DNA from: Candidatus Latescibacterota bacterium
GTDB taxonomy: Bacteria > Latescibacterota > UBA2968 > GCA-2709665
NCBI GenBank assembly: GCA_965219995.1
Contig: CBDCOX010000002.1
Location: 2,944,001 to 3,008,000 of the forward strand
Length of the DNA stretch: 64,000 bases
Direction: 5' to 3'
Of the stretch, positions 20,231 to 30,490 are shown in pieces (within the stretch, counting starts at the first letter, position 1; each line of letters starts with the position of its first letter). A program made the translations under genes and the position numbers. Below the pieces are notes generated by a model, which was given only the letters and a program-made list of their open reading frames with translations, made no database searches and had not been told where the DNA came from.

Positions 20231-20452
20231 ATGGATTTTCACGCGGCGAAGTCCGGCGAACCGCAGATCGGCCCGCGTTACGCGGCGGACATTTCTCAGT
20301 CGGATCAATGGCTCGACCCTTCCGCCGCGCCCGGATTCGAACGTACGTCCGCAATCCGGATTGGCGGGCCCCGTGAAAAGGACGGAAGTCCCCGCCTCTG
20401 GCGATATCACTGGACAGGTTTCGTGTCCGGCGCTATCTTCGACGTCCGGTAA
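20231..20452 (+). CDS. Putative 73-aa hypothetical protein
   Basis: GGAGG about 10 nt before ATG; possible promoter TTGTCG-N18-TATCTT at 20173-20202; no recognisable motif. Confidence 0.35.
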   Translation: MDFHAAKSGEPQIGPRYAADISQSDQWLDPSAAPGFERTSAIRIGGPREKDGSPRLWRYHWTGFVSGAIFDVR

Positions 20453-20512
20453 CGCGAGCCGGGTCTGCACAGACCGAACGTACACGCATTCGAGTTTCGA
20501 CGCGATTCCACC

Positions 20513-21865
20513 ATGCCGCATACCCTTACCATAACCCGGGCCGCTGCGGAAATCCGGGCGGGCCGTCTTTCTCCCATGGAACTGCTGCAAGCCTGTCTTG
20601 CGCGGATCGACGCCCTCGACTGCCTCCTGCACGCCTGGGCATACGTCGACAGGAAAGGGGCCGAGCATCGCGCGCGGCGTCTTCAGGAAGAACTGGCCCG
20701 CGGCAGGTACCGCGGTCCCCTGCACGGAATTCCGGTGGGAATCAAGGACATCATCAACGTGAATGGCCTGCCGACCACCGCTGGCGCAAGAGAACTCTAT
20801 AACCGGGTACCGAAAGAAGATGCCGCGGTGGTTGAACGCCTGCGCACATCCGGCGCCGTCATCCTCGGCAAGACGGTGACCACGCCCTTTGCATGTTTCG
20901 ATCCGGCCGAAACCAGGAACCCGTGGAACCCTGACCACACGCCCGGCGGCTCCAGCAGCGGTTCCGCCGCCGCGGTTGCCGCGCGTATGTGTCCCGCCGC
21001 CCTGGGCTCCCAGACGGGCGGCTCCATCAGTCGTCCCGCCGCGTATTGCGGTCTCGTGGGTCTGAAACCCACCTTCGGCCGCATCAGCCTGCGAGGAATC
21101 CTGCCCGTCAGCTGCGAACTCGACCATCCCGGTCCCATCACACGTTCGGTTGCCGATGCGGCCCTCATCCTGGCGACCGTGGCCGGCAAGGACGCAATGG
21201 ATTCGCTCAGTGCAGACGTCCCTGCCGGAGAATACCGCATCAACCCGTTGAACAGCCCGCCCCGCATCGGCGTTGTCCGCACTTATTTCCCCGAGCACGC
21301 CGACGAAACCATGCGTGCGGCGACCGACGACGCCATACAACGACTCGACGCCGCAGGCGCCGAATTCACCGACGTGCGCATGCCGGAAACCTTTGCGGAA
21401 CTGCACGATAATCATTCCCTGCTGCTCGCGGTTGGCGCGGCGAGCGTTCACGCGAACAGATATGACGCGCACCGCGACCGGTTTCCTCCCGGCCTGTGCG
21501 AAATCATCGAACGCGGCCGCTCGGCCGGCGCCGTAGCCTACGCCGAGGCACGACGCCACCAGATCGCGTTCAAATCGGAGATCCTTGCCGCTTTCGAAGG
21601 CGTGGACCTGCTCCTCACCCCCGCAACCCCCACACCGGCGCCGTCGGGCCTGGAGTCCACCGGCAGCCCCGGCTTCAACAGCCCCTGGAGCTACGCCGGC
21701 CTGCCCACGACGGTCCTGCCCGTCACATGTACCCCCCAAGGCCTGCCCGCCGGCATTCAGCTGGTCGCCCGCCCCTTCGCCGAGTCCCGACTGCTGGCTA
21801 TCTCCTCCTGGTGCGAAACCCGCCTCGAGTGGAACCGCGTCCCGTCGATTCTCGCGGTCAATTAA
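20513..21865 (+). CDS. Amidase signature family protein (GatA-like)
   Basis: GPLHGIPVGIKD, PGGSSSGSAAAVAA, GSQTGGSISRPAAYCG. Confidence 0.93.
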   Translation: MPHTLTITRAAAEIRAGRLSPMELLQACLARIDALDCLLHAWAYVDRKGAEHRARRLQEELARGRYRGPLHGIPVGIKDIINVNGLPTTAGARELYNRVPKEDAAVVERLRTSGAVILGKTVTTPFACFDPAETRNPWNPDHTPGGSSSGSAAAVAARMCPAALGSQTGGSISRPAAYCGLVGLKPTFGRISLRGILPVSCELDHPGPITRSVADAALILATVAGKDAMDSLSADVPAGEYRINPLNSPPRIGVVRTYFPEHADETMRAATDDAIQRLDAAGAEFTDVRMPETFAELHDNHSLLLAVGAASVHANRYDAHRDRFPPGLCEIIERGRSAGAVAYAEARRHQIAFKSEILAAFEGVDLLLTPATPTPAPSGLESTGSPGFNSPWSYAGLPTTVLPVTCTPQGLPAGIQLVARPFAESRLLAISSWCETRLEWNRVPSILAVN

Positions 21866-21869
21866 ACCC

Positions 21870-23081
21870 ATGTATCGGGTCCTCAAGCGTTGTACGTGGC
21901 TGCCGCTCGTTCTGCTTTCTTCCGGCGCCTTTTCAACTTCCCGCGCGGATGTCCCCAGGCACCACGCCGTCCGCCGGGGGATTGACTATATGCTCGACGA
22001 GCGGTATGCCCTGTCCCACGCCATCTTCGATTCACTCATCTCCGTCGAGCCTGAACGCCCGGAGGGGTATCTGGGCAAGGCCCTTTCGTACTGGAACGAA
22101 AGCATGCTTGTAGCAAACGGCGAACGGTTTGTCGACTCCGTGGACCACCTGACCGGGCGCGCGATCAAACTCGCCGAACGAGCGCTCAAGCGCGACAATG
22201 ACAACGCGGAGATGGTCTTTCTTCTCGGTAAGGCCTATGGACTTCTCGCGGGCCTGGCGCTCATCCACGGCAGCCCCATCGACGGCGTCCTTCACGGCTT
22301 GAAATGCCGCGATTACCTCGAGGAAACCATCCGGCTGGATCCGGACATGGCAGACGCCTATTTCGGACTGGGTCTCGCAGAATACGTCGCCGCCCGCCAG
22401 CCGCGTTTCCTCAGGATGGTGAGCCGGCTCCTGGCGCTTCCCGAGGGCAACCGAAAACGCGGGCTTGAGCGCCTGGAACGGGTTGCCCGGGAGGGGATCT
22501 ATACGCAACGGCACGCCGTTTCGAGCCGTGCCTACATCGCCCTGTACTACGAAAAAGACTACGACGACGCCGTGCTCCGGTTCGCAGACCTGCACAGCCG
22601 CTACCCCCACAGTCTGGATTACCGTATCCGATTCCTGGACGCCCTGTTCGGGCTCACCATCCGGGGCAGACGGGATCACCGCCAGGCCCTGATCGACTCC
22701 GCACGATCGATCCGTCGCCTGGCTGAATTGCGCGGTTTGGACCTGAACCGCTGGTCGCGTACCAAGCTGGACTTTGTCGAAGGCTTTGGTCACTTTCTCT
22801 CCGGAAACGCGGCCGAAGCGCGCGAACGACTGGAAATCTACATCGCGGAAGCTTCCGGAAAGAGCTGGCTGCTGGGACCCTCGCATCTCATTCTGGGCAA
22901 ACTGGCCGACACGCGAAACGACCGGGAAACCGCGATCCGCCATTACCGTAAGGCGCGAAAATACGAAGACGTATGGGGCGTACACGACGAAGCCGAATCC
23001 TACCTCCAGCAACCCTTCACCGGCGAGGAGCCCGTCCGGCGCCCTCCGGATACGGTCCGGCGATATCCGGAGAAACCCTGA
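21870..23081 (+). CDS. Exported TPR-repeat protein
   Basis: Signal-peptide-like N-terminus; helical repeats such as LDPDMADAYFGLGLAEY. Confidence 0.78.
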   Translation: MYRVLKRCTWLPLVLLSSGAFSTSRADVPRHHAVRRGIDYMLDERYALSHAIFDSLISVEPERPEGYLGKALSYWNESMLVANGERFVDSVDHLTGRAIKLAERALKRDNDNAEMVFLLGKAYGLLAGLALIHGSPIDGVLHGLKCRDYLEETIRLDPDMADAYFGLGLAEYVAARQPRFLRMVSRLLALPEGNRKRGLERLERVAREGIYTQRHAVSSRAYIALYYEKDYDDAVLRFADLHSRYPHSLDYRIRFLDALFGLTIRGRRDHRQALIDSARSIRRLAELRGLDLNRWSRTKLDFVEGFGHFLSGNAAEARERLEIYIAEASGKSWLLGPSHLILGKLADTRNDRETAIRHYRKARKYEDVWGVHDEAESYLQQPFTGEEPVRRPPDTVRRYPEKP

Positions 23082-23258
23082 ATCACGGTTGGACCTTGAC
23101 GCCAATCCGGGAATACGCGTTATTTTCTCGAAAGGAACATGGATTGCTGTCTCGAGCAGGACGAACCACGGAAGGGTGGCCGGCGACGGGATCCATAGAA
23201 AACCCCGTCCGCATTCCGTACGCGAATGTGCCGGGGTATATTGCCTCAAGGAATCGGT

Positions 23259-24065
23259 ATGGCGTTCGCGTCCTCGAACTTCCTGCGCAACGCGAGGCTC
23301 GTTCATTTCCGGGAGCGTATCCGTTACCCGGCCCCCCCGGCGGCGCCGTGGATCCTCCCCACCGTGGTCCGTTTCAAATTCCCGGACGCGGATATCAAGC
23401 GCCGCTACACGAAAAATCTCTGCGCATCCGTCGCCCTCTCAACAATACTCCTTGCGCTTCCCTGGCTTCTCTTTCCACGATTCGAGTTTCGCAGTCATCC
23501 ATCCTACACCACGCCGGTAATTATCACGCTCGAAGACATTCCCGAAACCTATCAGGCCCGTAGCCCCGAACCCGAACCGGTAATCCTGGGTGCAGGCGAG
23601 CCGGATGGCGTGGCCGTGGTTGACACCGTGGAAGACGAGGAGTCGGAACTCGACTTTCTCGCCAGTCTTCAAATCGATGACACGCTTGGCGATATGGGCA
23701 GGACGCTGAATGAGGAAGCCGTCGATTTCTGGGCCGTTTCAAAAGAACCCGTACTCGTGCGCGAGATCCTGCCCATCTATCCCAGGGACGCCCACGACTT
23801 GGGCCTCGAAGGGGTTGTCTTCGTCAAATTCGCCGTCGGTACCGACGGACGGGTCAAGGAAGCCTCCATCCTGAAAGGCCCCCGGATCTTCCACGCGTCC
23901 TCTCTGAATGCCGTCTACCAGTTTGTCTTCAGGCCGGCCCTTCAGAACGACAAGCCCGTCGCGGTCTGGATGACACGTCCGATCCGATTTCGCATTGTGG
24001 ACAATCTGCTTGAAGCGCGACCCGCACAACAGATTGAAAAGCTGCCCGCGGCCGTGTCACAATAG
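23259..24065 (+). CDS. Energy transducer TonB-family protein (orphan paralogue)
   Basis: One TM helix; C-terminal PIYP..A...GLEGVVFVKFAVGTDGRV...FRPALQNDKPV; start uncertain. Confidence 0.85.
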   Translation: MAFASSNFLRNARLVHFRERIRYPAPPAAPWILPTVVRFKFPDADIKRRYTKNLCASVALSTILLALPWLLFPRFEFRSHPSYTTPVIITLEDIPETYQARSPEPEPVILGAGEPDGVAVVDTVEDEESELDFLASLQIDDTLGDMGRTLNEEAVDFWAVSKEPVLVREILPIYPRDAHDLGLEGVVFVKFAVGTDGRVKEASILKGPRIFHASSLNAVYQFVFRPALQNDKPVAVWMTRPIRFRIVDNLLEARPAQQIEKLPAAVSQ

Positions 24066-24076
24066 AGGCGGCCCCG

Positions 24077-25081
24077 TCACTCCTCCCGGCCGCGACCGAC
24101 CGCCCCGCCGGAATAAATCACTTCCATCAATCGATCCCGTTCATCCAGCCGAACGCGCAGTGTGAACGCCCGCCTGCTCAGGAATTGCGGGTTATGGTCC
24201 AGCGCCATGCCCAGAACCAGCGAACCCAGCCACCCAAGGGCGTCTGCCCGGAACCCGAACCGCAAATCGTGGATCAGAAACTCCCGAGTGCTTTCGTCCG
24301 ACTCAATCACTGCCGGGAAGCGGGCGAACCAGCGATAGACCCGCCCGTCCCGCCGTTCCCACAGGCCTTCCAGACGGGGTTCTTCAAGTGCCGACGGGTA
24401 CGACCTGGGCGCACCGGCAACGCCCGAAAACAGCGATACCGGAACCTCGTACCAGTGTCCTTCGCCGGACGCGATTCCACGCCGGTGCAATGGAGAGAAA
24501 GGCACTGGAACCGCCGCCACCGCCGTAAGACCCTTCTCGGTTGCCCACCGGTCCAGATAATGGAGCGTCATGCCCGAAACGGCGACATTGAACGCCATAT
24601 AGACGGTCAACGCCGCCGCACCCAGGCGGTACCCGCCCGCTCCACGGCCCTTCCATCCGAGAACCAGTCCGCCAATTAGAATCAGATCCAGATACGGGTC
24701 GATAATGAACAGCACGTCGAACAACGCCCGGTACCTGGAAAACGGCATGAAGATCATCGTACCGTACGAGGTTACCAGATCGAAGAAAATGTGCAGCAAC
24801 AGGCCGGAAAGGGCGACGAAATACAGCTTTGCAAACGGGACCTCTTTCAGCAGGAATCGCCGGACGACCCACGCCACGACGACGGCGCCAATTGCGGCGC
24901 CGAACAGCGAATGTGTCATCCCGCGGTGCGTCTGCAGGCTGTCGAGCGCGTCGCCTGAAAAGAATACATCCAAGTCGGGCAATACACTGGTGACGGTAAC
25001 CAGGTTCACCAGTCCCCGTTCGCGCGGCCAGACCGATCGCGCGACCAGGCGGCCAACCAGGCCATGTGTGGGGGTATCCAT
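24077..25081 (-). CDS. Membrane-bound metal-dependent hydrolase (YdjM-like)
   Basis: MDTPTH, LPDLD, HRGMTHS, HIFFDLVTSYGT, FIIDP. Confidence 0.88.
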   Translation of the reverse strand: MDTPTHGLVGRLVARSVWPRERGLVNLVTVTSVLPDLDVFFSGDALDSLQTHRGMTHSLFGAAIGAVVVAWVVRRFLLKEVPFAKLYFVALSGLLLHIFFDLVTSYGTMIFMPFSRYRALFDVLFIIDPYLDLILIGGLVLGWKGRGAGGYRLGAAALTVYMAFNVAVSGMTLHYLDRWATEKGLTAVAAVPVPFSPLHRRGIASGEGHWYEVPVSLFSGVAGAPRSYPSALEEPRLEGLWERRDGRVYRWFARFPAVIESDESTREFLIHDLRFGFRADALGWLGSLVLGMALDHNPQFLSRRAFTLRVRLDERDRLMEVIYSGGAVGRGREE

Positions 25082-25174
25082 TCCATTTGCCCCGTTTAGA
25101 GAATTGCTTTCAAATCGCTGGCCACACGGAATATACCCAATGACGCGTCTGAATCAACCCCGCGCAAACGCCGC

Positions 25175-25204
25175 TTGACAGCGCGCGTCGCGCCGCCATA
25201 CCAT
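25175..25204 (+). promoter_or_regulatory. Putative sigma70 promoter of the SDR gene
   Basis: TTGACA-N18-TACCAT. Confidence 0.5.
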
Positions 25205-25278
25205 ATGGACGAATTTTCCGTTCAGAACGCTGACTTCCCCTTGCTCACACGCGAAGGGCTTCCGGGAGACTGAATGCA

Positions 25279-26010
25279 ATGTCAAAACTGAAGGGAAAGG
25301 CCGCGCTGGTAACCGGCGGAAATCAGGGCATCGGAAAGGGAATCGCGCGGGCGCTGGCCAAAGAGGGCGCGAACATCGTGCTGACCGCCAGAACGGTCGG
25401 TAAGCTTGAATCGGCGGCGGCAGAGATCCGGACGGAAGGCGTGGAGGCGCTGGTCGCCCCCGCGGACGTCACGGACGAGTCCCAGGTGGAGTCCGTATTC
25501 GCGCAGACGATGGAACGTTTCGGCAGGCTGGATGTTCTGGTGAACAACGCGGCCGCCTTTGACGGGGGAAGAATCGACGAACTTTCCGCGTCGTCCTGGG
25601 ACTGGGCGATGGCGGTGAATCTTCGCGGGCCCTTCCTGTGCACCCGGGCGGCGTTTCGCATCATGAAGGAACAGGGCGGTGGTCGAATTATTAATATAGG
25701 CAGTATTTCCGCGCAGAGGGTTCGCCCGAATTCGGCGCCGTACAGCACGAGCAAGTTCGGCATCACCGGCCTGACGCATGCCACGGCGCTGGACGGCCGG
25801 GACTACGGGATCGTATGCTCCTGCCTGCACCCCGGCAACACGCTGGTGGAACGACGCGAGGAATCCGACGCGCCCACGGACGACGAACCGATGATGACGG
25901 TGGATGAACTGGCGCAGGCCGCGGTGACCATGGCAACGCTGCCGCTCCATGTCAACATGCTGGAGGCGATCGTCCTGCCCGTCGGACAGCTGTACGTTGG
26001 CAGAGGTTGA
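25279..26010 (+). CDS. Short-chain dehydrogenase/reductase
   Basis: TGGNQGIG, LVNNA, YSTSK. Confidence 0.95.
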   Translation: MSKLKGKAALVTGGNQGIGKGIARALAKEGANIVLTARTVGKLESAAAEIRTEGVEALVAPADVTDESQVESVFAQTMERFGRLDVLVNNAAAFDGGRIDELSASSWDWAMAVNLRGPFLCTRAAFRIMKEQGGGRIINIGSISAQRVRPNSAPYSTSKFGITGLTHATALDGRDYGIVCSCLHPGNTLVERREESDAPTDDEPMMTVDELAQAAVTMATLPLHVNMLEAIVLPVGQLYVGRG

Positions 26011-26113
26011 ATGGGCAACTTATCTCCGGGACAGAACAATGGGAGTTTCTTTCGGCTTCCGGTTCTCTTCCTGTAAATCCCGTTCATCCATTTCATCCTG
26101 ATATGGATTTAGC

Positions 26114-26142
26114 TTGACACTCTCGATATGATTGTTTAATGT
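26114..26142 (+). promoter_or_regulatory. Sigma70-type promoter of the aromatic amino-acid cluster
   Basis: TTGACA-N17-TAATGT upstream of the leader peptide. Confidence 0.7.
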
Positions 26143-26222
26143 TAGACCGTTCCCGTTGGAAGGGCGGGTTTCCGCAACCCGGTACGCGACCCGCGGGACG
26201 CTGGATCATTGGAGGATTGAAC

Positions 26223-26330
26223 GTGACGGTTCGTGGTCGGAACAGGATTGCCTGGCGTGGATATTTTTACCGTTCCTACCGGTGGTATTACCGGGAGGCC
26301 GCGGAACGTCATGTCTGCCCACGCGAGTAA
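26223..26330 (+). CDS. Attenuator leader peptide, Trp/Tyr/Phe-rich, 35 aa
   Basis: GGAGG at 26211-26215, GTG start; MTVRGRNRIAWRGYFYRSYRWYYREAAERHVCPRE; overlaps the antiterminator arm. Confidence 0.85.
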   Translation: MTVRGRNRIAWRGYFYRSYRWYYREAAERHVCPRE

Positions 26331-26384
26331 ATCGTCAGCAAGTCTGAAAACCTGGCCGTGGGCATCTGCTCACGGTTTTTTTTT
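26316..26384 (+). promoter_or_regulatory. Transcription attenuator: antiterminator versus terminator
   Basis: Terminator CCGTGGGC-atct-GCTCACGG-T9 (26356-26384); TGCCCACG (26316-26323) is the exact complement of CGTGGGCA (26357-26364). Confidence 0.88.
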
Positions 26385-26419
26385 GATCTGCTCGAATTCA
26401 GTCCTGCCCTTGAAGACAG

Positions 26420-27910
26420 GTGAGATTCGTGAGTACGCCCGACCTGGAAATGCTGACGACGCTGGCTGACGGCCGGGGACTGGTTCCTATTTCCCGCGAG
26501 ATCCTCGGGGATACCGAAACTCCGGTGTCCGCCTATCTCAAGCTGCAGCCCGGGAGCCCCTACAGCTTTCTCTTCGAAAGCGTGGAAGGCGGAGAAAAGA
26601 TCGGGCGCTATTCGTTCCTGGGCGTGGCGCCGTTTCTTGCGTTTCGGTCGTGGAAATCCCGGATCGAGGTGCAGGATCTGAAGCGGGGCGGGATTCGCAG
26701 ATTCGAGGGATCGCCCATTGCCGAACTCCGGCGTCTGCTGAAGAAATATCGTTCTGCGCAACTGGACGGTCTGCCCAGGTTCACCGGCGGGGCGGTGGGC
26801 TACGTGGGCTACGACGCGATCCGGCTGATCGAAGATATCCCCGACCGAACGGATGACGACCACGGTCTTCCCGACGTTGTGCTGCTGTTCTACGATACGC
26901 TTCTTTGCTTCGATAACGCACGGCAGAAGATACATCTGATTTCCAACGTGCACACGTCCGGCGATATCGAGAACAACCGGCGTGAGGCGGAGGCGAGGAT
27001 CGACTCGCTGGAAGGGGCCTTGCGCGGGACGATTCCGGCGAACGGTGTTTCCCGGGAACCGCCGCGACGCGGGGCGCGCGAGATACGGTCCAACACGGAG
27101 CGATCGGTCTTCCTGGAGAAGGTGCGGCGCTGCAGGGAGTATATCGAGGCGGGCGATATTTTTCAGGTCGTCCTTTCGCAGCGCTTCGAGACGGAGGTAA
27201 CCGCCGGATCGCTGGACATCTACCGCGCGCTTCGGACGGTAAATCCGTCGCCGTACATGTTCCATCTGGATTTGATGGATGCGCAACTCGTCGGGGCATC
27301 GCCCGAACTGCTGGTGCGTGTCGAAAACGGCGTGGTACAGGTGCGCCCGATCGCGGGTACTCGCTGGCGGGGCGCCACGGAAGAAGAGGATGCCGCCCTC
27401 GAGGCGGACTTGCTGGCCGACGAAAAGGAACGCGCGGAGCACATTATGCTCCTGGATCTTGGCCGCAACGACGTGGGGCGGGTATCCCGATACGATACGG
27501 TACGGGTAACGGAACAGATGGTGATCGAGCGATATTCTCACGTTATGCATATTGTCTCGAATGTTCAGGGGCATCTCAGAGACGGCGTGGATGCGCTGGA
27601 TGCGCTCTATGCGTGTTACCCGGCGGGCACGGTATCCGGCGCGCCCAAGATCCGCGCGATGGAGATTATCGACGAGCTGGAGCCGACTCGCAGGGGGCCG
27701 TACTCGGGGGCGGTAGGCTATATTGACTTTTCCGGCAATATGGATACGTGCATTGCCATACGAACGATGGTGCTGCAAGGACGGAAAGCGTACGTCCAGG
27801 CGGGCGGGGGCATTGTGTTCGATTCCGTACCGGAATACGAGCACCAGGAAACGGTAAACAAGGCGAAGGCGCTGTTCAAGGCGGTCGAGTTGGCGGAAGG
27901 CGCGTTGTAG
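26420..27910 (+). CDS. trpE: Anthranilate synthase component I
   Basis: [54 protein letters not shown]; start may be GTG 26429. Confidence 0.96.
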   Translation: MRFVSTPDLEMLTTLADGRGLVPISREILGDTETPVSAYLKLQPGSPYSFLFESVEGGEKIGRYSFLGVAPFLAFRSWKSRIEVQDLKRGGIRRFEGSPIAELRRLLKKYRSAQLDGLPRFTGGAVGYVGYDAIRLIEDIPDRTDDDHGLPDVVLLFYDTLLCFDNARQKIHLISNVHTSGDIENNRREAEARIDSLEGALRGTIPANGVSREPPRRGAREIRSNTERSVFLEKVRRCREYIEAGDIFQVVLSQRFETEVTAGSLDIYRALRTVNPSPYMFHLDLMDAQLVGASPELLVRVENGVVQVRPIAGTRWRGATEEEDAALEADLLADEKERAEHIMLLDLGRNDVGRVSRYDTVRVTEQMVIERYSHVMHIVSNVQGHLRDGVDALDALYACYPAGTVSGAPKIRAMEIIDELEPTRRGPYSGAVGYIDFSGNMDTCIAIRTMVLQGRKAYVQAGGGIVFDSVPEYEHQETVNKAKALFKAVELAEGAL

Positions 27911-27959
27911 CGGCAACCGTGGATGACGCGATTCCTCAGCAGTCACATTTCGGCGACCT

Positions 27960-28523
27960 ATGATCCTCGTAATCGACAATTACGACTCGTTCACGTACAA
28001 TCTGGTTCAGTACCTGGGTGAGTTGGGCGCGCGGATGGAAGTATTCCGGAACGACCGGATTGCAATGGACCGGATTGACGCGTCCCAACCCGAGAAGGTG
28101 GTGATTTCACCGGGTCCATGTACGCCGAACGAAGCCGGAATCTCCGTGGGCCTGATCCGGCGTTTTACCGGGCGGATTCCGATGCTGGGGGTCTGTCTCG
28201 GACATCAGTGCATCGGGCAGGCCTTCGGAGGCAGGGTCGTTCGGGCTCCCGCGATTCTTCACGGCAAGGTGTCCGAGATCCATCACGACGGTCGCTCGAT
28301 TTTCAAGGGGTTGTCGCAGCCCTTCATTGCGACGCGATACCATTCGCTGATTGTCGAGCGGGAGAGCCTGCCGGACTGCCTCGAGATATCCGCACAGACA
28401 CACGACGGTATCATCATGGGACTGCGGCACAGGGAGTACCCGGTCGAGGGCGTGCAGTTTCATCCGGAGTCGATTCTAACGGCCGAAGGCAAAGTGTTGT
28501 TGAAAAATTTCCTGGATGGCTGA
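27960..28523 (+). CDS. trpG: Anthranilate synthase component II (glutamine amidotransferase)
   Basis: [31 protein letters not shown]. Confidence 0.95.
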   Translation: MILVIDNYDSFTYNLVQYLGELGARMEVFRNDRIAMDRIDASQPEKVVISPGPCTPNEAGISVGLIRRFTGRIPMLGVCLGHQCIGQAFGGRVVRAPAILHGKVSEIHHDGRSIFKGLSQPFIATRYHSLIVERESLPDCLEISAQTHDGIIMGLRHREYPVEGVQFHPESILTAEGKVLLKNFLDG

Positions 28524-28583
28524 GTTGGCAGTCCGGGAATCGGAAGCCGGTTCCGGTCCCCGTTTGCGAGTTGGGAGACGGCG

Positions 28584-29597
28584 ATGGCAATACAGGATGC
28601 GATTGCGGAATTGATTGAGGGACAGGACCTGACCCGTGACCGGACGATCGGGTCGATGAGCCAGATCATGTCGGGTGAGGCGACCGACGCGCAGATCGGT
28701 GCGTTCCTGGCGGCCCTCCGGGTGAAGGGCGAGACCGCCGACGAAATTGCGGGCGCCGCGGAGGTAATGAGGGAAAAGGCGACGCGCGTCGTCACGCGGC
28801 ACGCCACGGTGGTGGATACGTGCGGTACCGGAGGCGACGGGGCGGGGACGTTCAACATATCGACAGCGGCGGCTTTCGTGGTGGCCGGCGCCGGGCTGTG
28901 TGTTGCCAAACACGGAAACCGCGCGGCGAGCAGCCTGTGCGGAAGTGCCGACGTCCTGAAGGAACTGGGAGTAAACATCGAAGCGTCGCCGGAGACGATG
29001 GGGCGGTGTCTGGATGAAGTTGGCATCGGGTTTCTGTTTGCTCCTGCTCTGCACGGCGCCATGAAGTACGCGATTGGTCCCAGACGCGAAGTCGGCATCC
29101 GTACGATTTTCAACGCTCTGGGGCCGCTGACCAATCCCGCGGGCGCAACCCGGCACCTGATCGGCGTCTACAGTCGATCGCTGACCGGCAGGCTTGCCGA
29201 GGTGTTGCGCACATTGAAATCGGAACGCGCGTTTGTTGTGCACGGGTTGGACGGGCTGGATGAAATCACCACGACCGGTCCGACGCGGGTGAGCGAGCTG
29301 AACGATGGAGCCGTAACAACGTACGAGATCCGGCCTGAGGATCTTGGCATCCGAAGGTCGACGCCCGGTGATCTGGCGGGGGGCAACGCCGAAACCAATG
29401 CGTCGATCCTGCGCAGGGTGCTCAATGGTGAGCACGGTCCGCGGCGGGACATCGTCGTTTTGAACGCGGCAGCCGCCATCGTAGCCGGTGGTGCGGCAGA
29501 CGATTTGAAGGCGGGTATCGAACTGGCCGCGGAGACCGTGGATTCGGGGCGGGCAATGGACAAGCTGGAAGAACTGAAACGGGCTTCTGCGGGATGA
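28584..29597 (+). CDS. trpD: Anthranilate phosphoribosyltransferase
   Basis: DTCGTGGDG, FNIST, KHGNR, GSADVL. Confidence 0.97.
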   Translation: MAIQDAIAELIEGQDLTRDRTIGSMSQIMSGEATDAQIGAFLAALRVKGETADEIAGAAEVMREKATRVVTRHATVVDTCGTGGDGAGTFNISTAAAFVVAGAGLCVAKHGNRAASSLCGSADVLKELGVNIEASPETMGRCLDEVGIGFLFAPALHGAMKYAIGPRREVGIRTIFNALGPLTNPAGATRHLIGVYSRSLTGRLAEVLRTLKSERAFVVHGLDGLDEITTTGPTRVSELNDGAVTTYEIRPEDLGIRRSTPGDLAGGNAETNASILRRVLNGEHGPRRDIVVLNAAAAIVAGGAADDLKAGIELAAETVDSGRAMDKLEELKRASAG

Positions 29598-29690
29598 AGC
29601 CGGCACCGAACGTTTACGATATCCTCGCCTTCGAGTTACGCCATGGACGGGACTGGCACCTGTTGGCGCGCGGAAACGAAGAAGGGGAAG

Positions 29691-30482
29691 ATGGCTACGA
29701 TTCTGGATGAGATCATCGCATATAAACGCCGCGTCGTGTCCGAGGCGAAGAAGCGGGTATCCCCTGAGGCGTTGCGGAAGCAGGCAAACCTGGTTCGTCG
29801 GCCGGACTCTCTGATGGACAGCCTGACTGCCGGGGAGGATATCGCGCTGATCGCGGAGATTAAAAAGGCATCTCCGTCCAAAGGGGTAATCAGGGAGAGT
29901 TTCGATCCTGTTGAAATCGGCCGATCTTACGAGAGAAACGGCGCGGCGGCCATTTCCGTGCTGACGGATGTAAAGTACTTCCGGGGCTCCGATGCCAGCC
30001 TGAGGGCGGTGAGCGAGGCCGTGGAATTGCCGGTGCTCCGGAAGGATTTCGTGGTTGATCCGTATCAGATCCACGAGGCCAGGACAATCGGCGCGTCCGC
30101 GGTTTTGCTCATTGTTTCAGCGCTTTCCCCGCGCGAATTGTCAGAGATGCTCACCGTTTGCAGGGAGTCGCAACTGGACGCGCTGGTGGAAGTGCACACT
30201 CCGGATGAAGCGAGGATGGCGCTGGATGCGGGCGCGGATCTCATGGGGGTGAATAACCGCGACCTGAAGACGTTTGCTACGGATTTGCAGACCACATTCG
30301 ATCTGCTTGAACACCTGCCGGACGATCTTGTCGTTGTGAGCGAGAGCGGCATCAGGACCAGAGACCAGGTCGTCCGGTTGAGGGATGCCGGCGTGGACGC
30401 GGTTCTGGTCGGAGAACATCTGATGCGCCAACCCGACGTGGGTCGGGAGCTTCGAGCGTTGCTGGGCATGGAAGGCGGCTGA
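29691..30482 (+). CDS. trpC: Indole-3-glycerol phosphate synthase
   Basis: IAEIKKASPSKG, LRKDF, GVNNRDL, SESGI. Confidence 0.97.
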   Translation: MATILDEIIAYKRRVVSEAKKRVSPEALRKQANLVRRPDSLMDSLTAGEDIALIAEIKKASPSKGVIRESFDPVEIGRSYERNGAAAISVLTDVKYFRGSDASLRAVSEAVELPVLRKDFVVDPYQIHEARTIGASAVLLIVSALSPRELSEMLTVCRESQLDALVEVHTPDEARMALDAGADLMGVNNRDLKTFATDLQTTFDLLEHLPDDLVVVSESGIRTRDQVVRLRDAGVDAVLVGEHLMRQPDVGRELRALLGMEGG

Positions 30483-30490
30483 TTCAACCT

